IMG/VR virus record: IMGVR_UViG_3300028812_000003
Span: 12,515 to 76,514 of that record
Length of the DNA: 64,000 bases
Source: a virus
Direction: 5' to 3' (one strand)
Shown here piece after piece: positions 36,566 through 45,794 of this stretch. The stretch's first letter is position 1. Every line of letters starts with the position of its first letter. The translations under genes and the position numbers were made by a program. Below the pieces are notes generated by a model. That model worked only from the letters and a program-made list of their open reading frames with translations. It was not told the origin of the DNA and made no database searches.

Positions 36566-36713
36566 GTTTTACGGACGCCCGGGACCGGCTCATGCGTGGG
36601 CCCCGCCGGCCACCACCAGCGGGGCCCACACCCCTGCGCACCCTGACCCGAGGAAGTCGGGGAACTGCGCGCACCATACGCGCACCAGGCCATATCGCCT
36701 ACTCCCACAGCAA

Positions 36714-36741
36714 AGCCCCGGAACCCGACGGTTCCGGGGCT
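36714..36741 (-). terminator. Hairpin terminator after the ATP-grasp gene
   Basis: AGCCCCGGAACC/GGTTCCGGGGCT stem followed by TT on the minus strand. Confidence 0.7.
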
Positions 36742-36753
36742 CAGCGGGCGGCC

Positions 36754-37761
36754 CTACGCGCCGGCGGAACCCCGCTGCCACGCCGCCCCGGAAGACGCGC
36801 GGTGGCCGCCTCCCGGGGTGTAGACGCGGGTGGCGAGCGCGGTCTGGACGAGGTGGTCGGAGACGGCGCGCGAGATGACCATGCCGGTCGCCGCCTCCAC
36901 GAACCCGAACTGGCCGAACGGGTTCGCCTCCAGGAACCACCACGTGCCGTCACGATCGACGGCGAAGTCCAGCGCCGCGTACTCCAGGCCCAACGCGTCC
37001 ATCAGCCGCTGCACCTTCTGGACCAGGGGCAGGCTGGCGCCCACGGCCTCGAACCGCAGGTCCCGCTCCGGGGCGGCCCGCCAGTCCAGCGCGCCCCCGG
37101 AGGTCACCTTGCAGGGGAACGCGCGGTCGCCGACCACGGTCAGCCGGACGTCGTACACCTTGTCCACCGGCCGCTGGAGGTAGCACACGGCCTGGCGCAC
37201 GCTGTCGGCCGCGTCCTCGATCTCCTCGGCCGTCGTGAGCCGGGCCTGGACGAACCGGGACGGGTGCGCGGTGAGGGTTTTGCACACCGCCCGGCCGCCC
37301 TGCTCCCGGGCGAACGTGACGGCACGGCTCGGGTCGTTGGTGAACAGGGCGGGCGGCGTGCGTAACCCGAGCGACGCGGCCAGCCGCAACTGCCTCGGCC
37401 CCGGCCTCGCCGACAGGGCGCGGTGCGGGTGGTTGACCCACAGCACGTCGTCGAGACCGAACAGGAAGTCCTCCAGGATGACGCGGGACTCCTGCTGCTC
37501 CCACCCGCCCGGCAGGCCGGGGTGCCACCAGAGAACCGACACGACCGACTGCGACAGGGTGGACCGGTGCGCGTCCGAGAGCGTGAACCGTAGCGGCTCG
37601 CCGTCCGAGAGACCGGTCATCGTCAGGACCCCCGGGCGCGCGAGGTCCGACGGGTCGACGCGGTGGATGGAGACGCCGCGTTCCTGAATCTGCCGTATCA
37701 CCATGTCGGCCCCGAGGTCGCCGGGGGAGGTGACGACAAGCACGGTGGGTGGGAGCGGCAT
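36754..37761 (-). CDS. ATP-grasp RiPP (graspetide) maturase, MvdC/MvdD-like
   Basis: WVNHP, GLRTP, YLQ..V.K.YDVRLTVVG, LDWR, LDF, WWFLEANPFGQFGF; in-frame TTA at 37363-37365. Confidence 0.88.
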   Translation of the reverse strand: MPLPPTVLVVTSPGDLGADMVIRQIQERGVSIHRVDPSDLARPGVLTMTGLSDGEPLRFTLSDAHRSTLSQSVVSVLWWHPGLPGGWEQQESRVILEDFLFGLDDVLWVNHPHRALSARPGPRQLRLAASLGLRTPPALFTNDPSRAVTFAREQGGRAVCKTLTAHPSRFVQARLTTAEEIEDAADSVRQAVCYLQRPVDKVYDVRLTVVGDRAFPCKVTSGGALDWRAAPERDLRFEAVGASLPLVQKVQRLMDALGLEYAALDFAVDRDGTWWFLEANPFGQFGFVEAATGMVISRAVSDHLVQTALATRVYTPGGGHRASSGAAWQRGSAGA

Positions 37762-37763
37762 GA

Positions 37764-38036
37764 TCAGTCGTCGTCCTTCTTGAGCCCGGTGGAGTTGTGG
37801 GTCATGGTCGGTCCGACCAGCGCGGGCGTGGCGTCGGCGAAGTCGTCGTCCCGCTTGAATCCCTTGTTGTTGTGGGTCATGGTCGTGGCCCAGACGTCGG
37901 CGACGTCCACCACGGCGTCGCCGGCCGGGGTGATGTTGAGCTGGCGCAGCCGGTCGTACGTGTGCGCCGGCGTGCGGTCGGTGGGCGGCTCCGGGTCTGC
38001 GACGAGGAGTGCGAACGGGGTGAGGGTGGCGGTCAC
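37764..38036 (-). CDS. Graspetide precursor peptide with two core repeats
   Basis: Leader TPFALL...YDRLRQLN; cores TMTHNNKGFKRDDD and TMTHNSTGLKKDDD; adjacent to the ATP-grasp gene. Confidence 0.85.
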   Translation of the reverse strand: MTATLTPFALLVADPEPPTDRTPAHTYDRLRQLNITPAGDAVVDVADVWATTMTHNNKGFKRDDDFADATPALVGPTMTHNSTGLKKDDD

Positions 38037-38118
38037 AGTCTGTTCCTTCTCGTGTAGGGGCCGAGCCTAGCGCCGGGTGGACGCCGGGCCGTGGGAAGAG
38101 GTCAGGGTGTTCCGGGGC

Positions 38119-39414
38119 TCACAGCCGCGCGGACACCCGCTCGCGCAGGTCGGTGACGGCCGGCGAGTCGGGGACGGACGGCAGTCGCGCGGCCACGGTG
38201 GCCAGGCCGTCGGAGATCTTCGTGGACTGCACGCCGGCGGAGCACGTCAGGAAGTCGTCCCAGGTGTGCAGCGCCTGCGCGGTGTTGCCGCGCTTGAGCT
38301 GCACGTGTCCCAGGTCGGCGAGCACGATGGCCCGCGTGCGCTTGCGGTCCAGGCCGTGAATGTCCAGTGCCAGGTTCAGGTGCTCCTCGGCGGCGGCGAG
38401 GTCACCGAGCCGGGCGTGGATCATCCCGGAGTCGTGCGCCCACCGGCCGTGGCTGTAGTGCGACGCCCACGACTGCCCCGGAGCGGACGGGGCGTGCTCC
38501 ATCGCGCCCTGCGCGGCGGACAGCAGCCGGGCCGCCGTGGCGCGGTCGCCGTCGGCCGCCTTCGCCCGCGCGAGGGTGTTGCGGTAGTAGGCGAGCGCCT
38601 TGGGGTTGTCCAGCCGCCGGCCGCGCTCCTCGCACGCCTCGGCCAGCCGCACCGCCGTGGGGATGTGCCCGAGGTCGATGGCCTGGTCAGCGAGCCCGCG
38701 CAGCGCGGTCGCCGCCAGCTCGTTCTCCCCGGCCTCGGTGGCCAGCCGTACGGAGTGGACGAGGTAGCGCTGGCTCAGGCCCACGTTGCCCTCGTCCCGC
38801 GCCATCCAGCCGATGAGGTGGACCAGTTCGGCGGTCGCCGCGAACAGCTCCCGGCCCACGGCTGCGGTGTACCGGCCGTCCAGCCACCGGCGTACGTCCT
38901 CGGTCAGGTAGCGCACGGCGAGGTGCCGCGCGTGTCCGCCGCCCAGTTCCGAGGCCGCGTCCCCGAGGGTGCCGGTCATGGTGCGCACGGCGGCCACCTC
39001 GCCCATGCCGACGGCCGCCGGGCCGGACCGGGCCACGCGCCGGGTCACCGCCTCGGGGTCCGGGAGGTCCAGGGCGGCCAGGCCCGCGCCGGCCGAGGCG
39101 GCGAGGAACGTCCTCCGGTTCACGTCGTCTCCCCCAAGGGTCATGACCGAGGTCACCGTGTCGTCCGGGCCGGCGGTCACTTCCGCAGCACCGCGAAAGT
39201 GATCCTGGAGGGCGACGCCCAGCGCCTGTTCGATGTAGGGGAGCCAGTCCACCGGGATACGCCGGCCGGTCTCCCACCGGTAGACCTGCTGCCGGTCGCA
39301 GTGTCCCCGCCGTCCCCAGCGCAGCTCCGATAACTGGTCCGCGAGGGCGGCCTGGCTGCACCGTGGGGTCCGGGCCTCCCGGGCGGCGCGAATGCGTTCG
39401 CCGATTGTCGACAT
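38119..39414 (-). CDS. XRE-HTH / NsdA-like TPR regulator
   Basis: IGERIRAARE..SQAALA..VYRWETGRR; VNRRTFL; GGGHAR; in-frame TTA at 39331-39333. Confidence 0.85.
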   Translation of the reverse strand: MSTIGERIRAAREARTPRCSQAALADQLSELRWGRRGHCDRQQVYRWETGRRIPVDWLPYIEQALGVALQDHFRGAAEVTAGPDDTVTSVMTLGGDDVNRRTFLAASAGAGLAALDLPDPEAVTRRVARSGPAAVGMGEVAAVRTMTGTLGDAASELGGGHARHLAVRYLTEDVRRWLDGRYTAAVGRELFAATAELVHLIGWMARDEGNVGLSQRYLVHSVRLATEAGENELAATALRGLADQAIDLGHIPTAVRLAEACEERGRRLDNPKALAYYRNTLARAKAADGDRATAARLLSAAQGAMEHAPSAPGQSWASHYSHGRWAHDSGMIHARLGDLAAAEEHLNLALDIHGLDRKRTRAIVLADLGHVQLKRGNTAQALHTWDDFLTCSAGVQSTKISDGLATVAARLPSVPDSPAVTDLRERVSARL

Positions 39415-39544
39415 GTCTTCCTCGGTCCTGGTCACTGGTCTCTGGTCTACGGCTGGCCTACGCCTGGCCTACAGTCTGGCAGCTACGCGCGGGCCGTGGC
39501 AGGGGGTTGACTGGCCATTACGACAGCAACCCCCGGAGGACATC

Positions 39545-39925
39545 ATGCCCGCCACACTCGGCCTTCCCACCCTCACCGACACCGTCCGCCGCGCGGCGGA
39601 GATCCACGACGCCTGGACGGCGGACCCGGAGATGCCGGACGTGGCCGGGTGCGTGGCCGATGCCGTACGGGTCCTCGCCGTCCGGGCCGCCGTGCACGAG
39701 GCCACCAAGGACGAGGACGCCGCCGCTCTCGTCGCGCCGGTGGCGGTGGAGCTGTCCGCGCTTCTGCTGGACCGTCAGTTCCCGGAGGTGGCCCGTGTGA
39801 TGGCCCGCACGGGTCACAGGTTTATTTCCGGCAGGCGGGGTACCCACTGGCAGCCCGGCGGATACCTGCACCGGGTGTACGTCGGCGCCTTCGGGCAGGC
39901 GGGCGGCCGGCACTGGCCCGTGTGA
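39545..39925 (+). CDS. Hypothetical protein divergent from the regulator
   Basis: GGAGG RBS, MPATLGLP..., 126 aa. Confidence 0.7.
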   Translation: MPATLGLPTLTDTVRRAAEIHDAWTADPEMPDVAGCVADAVRVLAVRAAVHEATKDEDAAALVAPVAVELSALLLDRQFPEVARVMARTGHRFISGRRGTHWQPGGYLHRVYVGAFGQAGGRHWPV

Positions 39926-39938
39926 GACACGGGAACGA

Positions 39939-39976
39939 CGAAGCCCCGGGACCTGTGGTGGAGTCCCGGGGCTTCG
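39939..39976. terminator. Bidirectional hairpin terminator
   Basis: CGAAGCCCCGGGAC/GTCCCGGGGCTTCG. Confidence 0.75.
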
Positions 39977-39989
39977 GTGTGTCTGCGGG

Positions 39990-40346
39990 TCAGGTGCGGC
40001 CGACGACCCCGCCGCCGGTGAGCAGGGAGTCGATGGTGTTGGCGATGTCCTGGAGCAGGATGCCGTCCCGCATACGGGCTTCGCCCACCTCGTGGGTCTC
40101 GACGGTGCGGCGGTTGACGCGGCGGACACCGGCGATGCGGGAGCCGATGCGGCCGATGCGGCGGGCCAGCAGGGGCAGCGGGTTGTCCTCGTCGTAGCGG
40201 TAGCCGTAGCCGTCGGCGGTGATGTAGGCGAGGACACCGGCGACGCCGTGGACACCGTACTTGGCCAGCAGCGCCTCGTGCTCGCGCAGGACGGCGGCGA
40301 TGCAGACCATGGCGGGGGCGGCGGTGCGGGTGGCGGTGGTGTTCAT
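39990..40346 (-). CDS. Hypothetical protein
   Basis: 118 aa, with its own promoter and GACCAAGGAA start motif. Confidence 0.75.
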   Translation of the reverse strand: MNTTATRTAAPAMVCIAAVLREHEALLAKYGVHGVAGVLAYITADGYGYRYDEDNPLPLLARRIGRIGSRIAGVRRVNRRTVETHEVGEARMRDGILLQDIANTIDSLLTGGGVVGRT

Positions 40347-40392
40347 GGCGGGTTCCTTCTTCCTTGGTCTGTCGGTCCGGTACCCCGTCCCG

Positions 40393-40433
40393 ATGAATTA
40401 ATTAAACCATGACCTTGCGGAGAAGACAACCCC
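40393..40433 (-). promoter_or_regulatory. Conserved promoter/operator copy 6
   Basis: Minus strand GGGGTTGTCT -17- TTTAATTAATTCAT. Confidence 0.8.
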
Positions 40434-40489
40434 GGGACCATCCTCGGATCGGCCGGTGCCCCGGATCGAGGCGCCGGTGCGCAGGCGGG

Positions 40490-41146
40490 TCAGACCGTGG
40501 CGGCCTTACGCCTCGGGGCGCGGCGGACGTTCTTGACCACGAAGTCCTTCGGGTCCTCGGACGGGAGCGGCCAGGTCTGGCCGGTGCGAGCCATCTCCGC
40601 GCGGGCCTTTGCGTTCTGTTCCCGGCGGAAGTCCACGGATTCGGCGACCGCGATGCGTGCGGCCTCGTCCTTGTCGGCGGCCGACACCACGCGGACGCCG
40701 GCGCCGATCATGCCGCCGCGCGGGTGGTGGCGTTCGATCAGGACGCGGTACGTCTCGCGGGCCTCCCGCGCGGTCTCGCGGACAGTAGTCACGACCTCTT
40801 CGGCCAGGCCCGTCGGGATGTCCGTGTCGCCGTGCTCCTCGCGCACCACAGCGTAGACGGCCGCGTACATCTCCCAGCCCATCAGCTTGCCCCGGAGGAT
40901 GACGCGCACCACGGGGTTGTCCTGTGCGTCGAACGCCTCTCGCGCCGCCGCGACCTTGCCGGCGTAGTACAGCGTCTGGTCCGGCGAGTAGTTGTCGCGG
41001 ACGACGCTCTCCACCAGGGTGAGTCCCTTGCGGAGCACCTTGTTCGCCTCGGCCTGGCTGATGAGGCCGTCGCGGACGTAGGGCTTCATCGCGTCGCGGG
41101 CCGCGCGCTCCGTCTTGGGCATCTCGCGTCGGGTCACGCTGCTCAC
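40490..41146 (-). CDS. Hypothetical protein
   Basis: 3' part of the 607-aa ORF; GTG at 41146 overlaps the upstream stop. Confidence 0.7.
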   Translation of the reverse strand: MSSVTRREMPKTERAARDAMKPYVRDGLISQAEANKVLRKGLTLVESVVRDNYSPDQTLYYAGKVAAAREAFDAQDNPVVRVILRGKLMGWEMYAAVYAVVREEHGDTDIPTGLAEEVVTTVRETAREARETYRVLIERHHPRGGMIGAGVRVVSAADKDEAARIAVAESVDFRREQNAKARAEMARTGQTWPLPSEDPKDFVVKNVRRAPRRKAATV

Positions 41147-41526
41147 CAGTTCTCCCCGTCGGACGGGTCGGCGTACCAGTCGGCCGGCAGCGGGTCGCCG
41201 TGCCAGTCGCGCGGCAGCGGGGTAAGGGCCCCGGGCTTCGGACGGTTCCTGCTCCAGGGCTGCGCGTGGCTGGCCCACCGCCGCGTAAGAGGGTTCCACC
41301 TGTTGACCATGACACCGCCTACGGCGTAGGTGCCCGTGTGACCGAACTTCGTGCGGAAGGCCACCCTGTCCGCACGGCCGCGTTCGTCCCGGATGCGCCG
41401 GGCTTCGGCGTACGCCTCGTCTTCCGTGGCGTACCTGTCGGACTGACGGAAGCCGGGCCCTTCGATCACGATCTCGAACGGCAGGGCGCTCCGGGGCGCG
41501 CCCGCCTGACTGGGATTGTCGGCCAT
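41143..41526 (-). CDS. Hypothetical protein
   Basis: 127 aa, start motif upstream. Confidence 0.75.
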   Translation of the reverse strand: MADNPSQAGAPRSALPFEIVIEGPGFRQSDRYATEDEAYAEARRIRDERGRADRVAFRTKFGHTGTYAVGGVMVNRWNPLTRRWASHAQPWSRNRPKPGALTPLPRDWHGDPLPADWYADPSDGENW

Positions 41527-41571
41527 GGCCGGTTCCTTCTTTCCTTGGTCTGTCGGACGGCACCCCGTCCG

Positions 41572-41612
41572 ATGGATTGATTAAATCATACTCGCGGGCC
41601 GAAGGACAACCC
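41572..41612 (-). promoter_or_regulatory. Conserved promoter/operator copy 7
   Basis: Minus strand TTGTCC -18- TTTAAT. Confidence 0.7.
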
Positions 41613-41720
41613 GGAGCGGAGGATGCCACGGAACCCGGCAGCCGCAGAATCGCTCTGGGCGAAGCGCAAAACGTGTGTTTTGCAGGAGCCGGTCGACGGG
41701 CCCCGGTAGGCTCATCGCCC

Positions 41721-42821
41721 GTGACGATCATGACCCCGGGACCCGGAACGCTCGCCGCCGACGACCCGGCGCTGCGCACCGTCATGACCCTGCGGGACCG
41801 GTTGGGCACCGTCGCGCCCCGTGACCCGAGGACGCGCCGGCTCGGGCCGCGCGTACACCGGCTGGACCTGCTGCACCAGTTGTGCGAGCGCGAGACGTTC
41901 GGACACGTCTGCGGGTGGCTGTCCTCCGAGCGGTTCACCTCCGACGGCACCCGGCGCGAGTACGCGGACGACGTCCGGCACTGGGCCCGCGCCGGCCGGG
42001 AGTTGGTGGGCACCGAGCCGTGGTACCTCGGGGCGATCACCCCGGACGTCATCCCGCACTGGCGCGCGTGGACCGACGACATCAAGCTGGGCTCCCGCCG
42101 GGTCAACCGGCTGTGCTCCTCGCTGACCTCGCTCATCGAGTACACCAAGTTCCGCACCCGGCTGGACATCGTCAACCCGATCACCCGGTACGACCGGCCG
42201 GTGATCGACCAGCACGACGAGACGGCGATGACGCCGGTCCTGGAGGTGGAGGAGTTCCAGGCCGTGGTGGAACAGGCGGCCACGGCGCGGCAGGCGTTCG
42301 TCCCGGTGCTCATCTACACCCTGGCCGGGCGGGTCTCCGAGTGCTGCGCGGCCGACCGGCGGGACATCAGGTCGGTGGGCGGCGAGTGCAAGCTGGACCT
42401 CACCCGCAAGGGCGGCAAGGGCCGCGTGTTCACCCTGCCGCCGCTGCTGTGCGAGCTGGGCGCCCGGTGCTGGGACGGACAGGAGTCCGGGCCGCTGTTC
42501 CTGGACGACGAGGGCCGGCCGATGGACCGGCACGCGGTGGACCGGCTGCTGAACCGCCTCGGCCGCGCGGCCGGCGTCCTGCCCGGCCGGGACCTCACCC
42601 CGCACGTGCTGCGCGCGAGCAAGCTCACCCACATGTACGACGAGGGGCAGAAGGCGCAGGACGGGAAGCCGACGCCGGACGACATCCGGCGCTTCGCCGA
42701 CCACAGCCACCTGTCCACGACGATGCGTTACATCCGCCGCCGCGACGACGAGGCGCTGAAGCGGACGCACGCGGCGGCGGCCGTCCGCGTGTACGAGGGC
42801 CTGGTGGACCGGTTCCTGTGA
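41721..42821 (+). CDS. Tyrosine recombinase (Xer/integrase family)
   Basis: Catalytic R (AGRVSE), K (RKGGK), HxxR (PHVLRAS), H (ADHS) and Y (TTMRY); start at 41721 or 41730. Confidence 0.92.
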   Translation: MTIMTPGPGTLAADDPALRTVMTLRDRLGTVAPRDPRTRRLGPRVHRLDLLHQLCERETFGHVCGWLSSERFTSDGTRREYADDVRHWARAGRELVGTEPWYLGAITPDVIPHWRAWTDDIKLGSRRVNRLCSSLTSLIEYTKFRTRLDIVNPITRYDRPVIDQHDETAMTPVLEVEEFQAVVEQAATARQAFVPVLIYTLAGRVSECCAADRRDIRSVGGECKLDLTRKGGKGRVFTLPPLLCELGARCWDGQESGPLFLDDEGRPMDRHAVDRLLNRLGRAAGVLPGRDLTPHVLRASKLTHMYDEGQKAQDGKPTPDDIRRFADHSHLSTTMRYIRRRDDEALKRTHAAAAVRVYEGLVDRFL

Positions 42822-42826
42822 CACGA

Positions 42827-42860
42827 CGAAGCCCCGGGCCGATGCGGCTCCGGGGCTTCG
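42827..42860. terminator. Bidirectional hairpin terminator
   Basis: CGAAGCCCCGG...CCGGGGCTTCG. Confidence 0.75.
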
Positions 42861-42871
42861 TTGCGGTGCGG

Positions 42872-43258
42872 TCAACGCTGTCCGTACCGCTGCTCGATGT
42901 CCGCCATGCACGGCTTGCAGGCGCTGTGCCCGGAGCCCCACGCCGAGACGGCGAGGGCGTCGGGGTCGACGTAGGTCATGCACATCCCGCACAGCTCCTG
43001 CCCCGGCGCGGGCGCGGAGTGCAGCCGGTATCCGGTCCGGCGCTCCGCGCCCCTGTCGGTCAGGCCCGTCGGGTGCAGCGACGAGACCTTCACCCACCGG
43101 TGCCCGCCGAGGCCCTTGATACCGCCGAACGGGTCCCAGACGTAGACGTCGTCACCGTGCACGCGCTCCACGACGAACGGCCGGCACCGGGACCCGGCGG
43201 AGGTCCGACACGGCACGTACGTCTGCCTCGGCTTCACCGCGAACGTCTCGCGCCCCAT
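42872..43258 (-). CDS. Hypothetical protein with C-terminal CxxC pair
   Basis: MGRETFAV...; GACCAAGGAA upstream; start could be 43264 or 43267. Confidence 0.7.
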   Translation of the reverse strand: MGRETFAVKPRQTYVPCRTSAGSRCRPFVVERVHGDDVYVWDPFGGIKGLGGHRWVKVSSLHPTGLTDRGAERRTGYRLHSAPAPGQELCGMCMTYVDPDALAVSAWGSGHSACKPCMADIEQRYGQR

Positions 43259-43328
43259 GGTCATCATTCCTTGGTCTGAACTGTGGAGCCCCGGGCCGTG
43301 TGGCTCCGGGGCTCCCTGGCCGCGCGGG

Positions 43329-43508
43329 TCAGGCGGCGCGGTCGTGCTTGCGGACGGTCTCCCAGTAGACGTCATTGGGGACGGCGTCGATGTTCTCGAT
43401 GGGTCCGTGTTCCTGGACCAGGTCTTCCACGACGGCGTCGATGTCGTAGTCCCCGGTGTGGTCACCGAGGGTGAGGGACACCTGGTGGGCAAGCGCGGTA
43501 CGGTCCAT
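43329..43508 (-). CDS. Small acidic hypothetical protein
   Basis: MDRTALAHQV...YWETVRKHDRAA, 59 aa, translated by hand; promoter and start motif upstream. Confidence 0.75.
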   Translation of the reverse strand: MDRTALAHQVSLTLGDHTGDYDIDAVVEDLVQEHGPIENIDAVPNDVYWETVRKHDRAA

Positions 43509-43535
43509 GGCCGTTCCTTCCTTGGTCGGGTTCCT

Positions 43536-43575
43536 TGGTTTGATTAAATCATCCCGAGGTCGTTGTCACAACCCC
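43536..43575 (-). promoter_or_regulatory. Conserved promoter/operator copy 8
   Basis: Minus strand GGGGTTGTGA -17- TTTAAT. Confidence 0.7.
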
Positions 43576-44114
43576 TCGGCCCGCTTCTTCGCCACGTAGT
43601 CGGTGAGCATGTCGGCGGCCCCGTACATCTCCTCCGAGTGCCGGGCCACCTCGTCGGCGTGGAAGTCCTCCGAGCCGGTGCCCACGGCGATCTCCGACGC
43701 GGCGCCGAACGCGTGGTACGCCGCGAGCAGCGCGACGGCGGCCACGGACATTTGCTGACTCGCCTGCGGCACCTGCACGATGCCCTGCCGGGCGAACTCC
43801 GACAGGGCCCGGAACTGTCCGGCGAGGCCCGACAGCATCGCGGGCAGGTCCCGCTCGTACGCGGTGAACCACCCCTTCTGCACGTCGGCCTCCAGCGGCC
43901 CGCCGCGCAGCCCTTCCTCCATCTGCGCCACGAGGCCCTTGAGCAGGCCGACATACTGCGCGGCGTACCCGGCGTCGCCCATCGGGTGCTGCGCACCGGC
44001 GGGCCTGCGGGCGTCCAGCCCGGTCTCCAGGCTGTCGATGGCCCGCTTGACCCGGCGGGACTCAGGCAGCGGGATGGCGTGGGTGCGGGCACCCCGGGGT
44101 TCCTCGGTCGTCAT
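43566..44114 (-). CDS. Hypothetical helical protein
   Basis: MTTEEPRG..., 182 aa. Confidence 0.7.
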   Translation of the reverse strand: MTTEEPRGARTHAIPLPESRRVKRAIDSLETGLDARRPAGAQHPMGDAGYAAQYVGLLKGLVAQMEEGLRGGPLEADVQKGWFTAYERDLPAMLSGLAGQFRALSEFARQGIVQVPQASQQMSVAAVALLAAYHAFGAASEIAVGTGSEDFHADEVARHSEEMYGAADMLTDYVAKKRAEGL

Positions 44115-44151
44115 GGCCCGTACGCTACCGGCACCCGCCGACAGCGTGCGG

Positions 44152-44520
44152 TCACTCCGGGGAACCGACGGAGCCGAGGGCCTGGTGCGCGCGGTCCAGG
44201 GAGGCGTACAGCGCGCGAGTCTTCTGGATGGCCTCGGCCATGGCGCTGTGAAAGGCGAGCAGCCGGACCTCCAGATCGTCCGGCCCGTGGTCGCTGCGCA
44301 GACGGCCGTCGTCCTCCATCTCACCGACGAACCCCTCCAACTGGCCAACGGCCTGCGTGAGCCGGTTCGCCAGGATCGCCAGGTTCGCCACGGTGCTGTA
44401 CGCGTCGCTCGGGTACTCCCACCCGGCGGCCGGACGGGACAGGGTGGCGTGGGCCAGGGCGCGGACTGCCTCGGCGGCGTCGTCGGCGAGCTGGGCAGGG
44501 GTGCGGGGTTCCTTGGTCAA
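44152..44520 (-). CDS. Hypothetical protein
   Basis: 122-aa ORF coupled to the upstream gene. Confidence 0.7.
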   Translation of the reverse strand: MTKEPRTPAQLADDAAEAVRALAHATLSRPAAGWEYPSDAYSTVANLAILANRLTQAVGQLEGFVGEMEDDGRLRSDHGPDDLEVRLLAFHSAMAEAIQKTRALYASLDRAHQALGSVGSPE

Positions 44521-44768
44521 CGCCGTGCCTCCCGCGCACCGGCGACGACCCCGTCCAGGTACGCGTACACGCTCGCCCGGTCCATCGGGCTCTGGCCGCT
44601 GCCGCCCACGTGCACGGCGTACTTGTCGTCGTCCAGGTCGACGACGTGGATACGCAGTCCGGTCTCACAGGCTGCGACCCCTGCGGTCCACTGGACCTCC
44701 AGGTGTGGCGGCCACTCGGGGTCGTACGACGGTGTGTGGCTCCCGTCGGGGTTTCTCGTGACGTCCAT
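44517..44768 (-). CDS. Small hypothetical protein
   Basis: 83-aa ORF. Confidence 0.65.
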   Translation of the reverse strand: MDVTRNPDGSHTPSYDPEWPPHLEVQWTAGVAACETGLRIHVVDLDDDKYAVHVGGSGQSPMDRASVYAYLDGVVAGAREARR

Positions 44769-44799
44769 GCCCCGAAGGCTATCGGTCCGGCGAGGGCGG

Positions 44800-45234
44800 T
44801 CAGGCCCATTCCCGCGAGGCGAGCAGTGCGGCGCCGGCCCACACCGCGCCCCACACGAGGAGCGGCGCCGGGACGCCGACGGTGAAGGCGACGCCGGCTG
44901 TGATCGCGGCCGACAGCCACCCGGACACGCACCACGGACAGGTGATCAGTTCGGCGAGCCAGTGGGGCGACCATTTGGCCCGGCGGACGTAGCGGTTCAC
45001 CCGGCCGTCGAGTCGGGTCAGGGTGCCGAGGGAGGGGTGCCGCACGAACGGTTCGTCGTCCGACAGACCCGGCACCGGGCCCCACTTCTCCTCTTCCCGG
45101 TCGGTGAGCGGTCGCCACCCGCCGGCGAGGCGGTCGCGCAGCCACAACACGGGCGGGAACGTGTCCTTCGCGGCGAGGCGGGAGGCGCGGTAGCTGGCGA
45201 GGATCATGCAGGCGACGAGCAGCCAGGCGGGCAC
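44800..45234 (-). CDS. DUF1360-like membrane protein
   Basis: ELITCPWCVSGW signature, hydrophobic ends. Confidence 0.7.
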   Translation of the reverse strand: MPAWLLVACMILASYRASRLAAKDTFPPVLWLRDRLAGGWRPLTDREEEKWGPVPGLSDDEPFVRHPSLGTLTRLDGRVNRYVRRAKWSPHWLAELITCPWCVSGWLSAAITAGVAFTVGVPAPLLVWGAVWAGAALLASREWA

Positions 45235-45345
45235 GGGGCGCTCCAGGGTCGTGGACGGGACGCCCTGTCGGGCGACGATTGGAGGTGGTCACCAGGCCGA
45301 ACGCCCCGCCATAGGAGAGACGTTGCGCCTGGTGACCCGGTTGCG

Positions 45346-45711
45346 TCAAGCGACGAGACGGCCGGACGGTGAGACGGCTGCGGGCTGCGGCGCGGCCACG
45401 TTCGGCCGGGTGACGAACCACGCGACGAGCAGCATGACCGCGCCCACGACCTTCGCCTGGTCCTCCGCGCTCCACTCGAACGCGAAGTAGCTCACCAGTG
45501 ACACCCCTGCCACCACGAGACCGTTGACGGCGGCGATGATGCCGTCACCCACCTGCACGGCGACGATGACGCCGAGGACGGCCGCGACGACGGCCGTGAT
45601 GATGGACTGGAGCTGCGCGTCGAACCCGAAGCCGAAGGCGCTCAGGATCTGCCACACCGCGCCGACGGCCGCCAGCCATACCGCCGGCTCTCGCCCGTAG
45701 ACCTTGCCCAT
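45346..45711 (-). CDS. Four-TM membrane protein (holin-like)
   Basis: MGKVYGREPAVW..., strongly hydrophobic; GGAGG RBS. Confidence 0.7.
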   Translation of the reverse strand: MGKVYGREPAVWLAAVGAVWQILSAFGFGFDAQLQSIITAVVAAVLGVIVAVQVGDGIIAAVNGLVVAGVSLVSYFAFEWSAEDQAKVVGAVMLLVAWFVTRPNVAAPQPAAVSPSGRLVA

Positions 45712-45794
45712 GACTGCCTCCTTGAGGGGATCAATCCCGGGGCAGGGTAGGGCAGATCCCCCGATTCACCATCTCGGGCAACGGCGAAGCCTGG

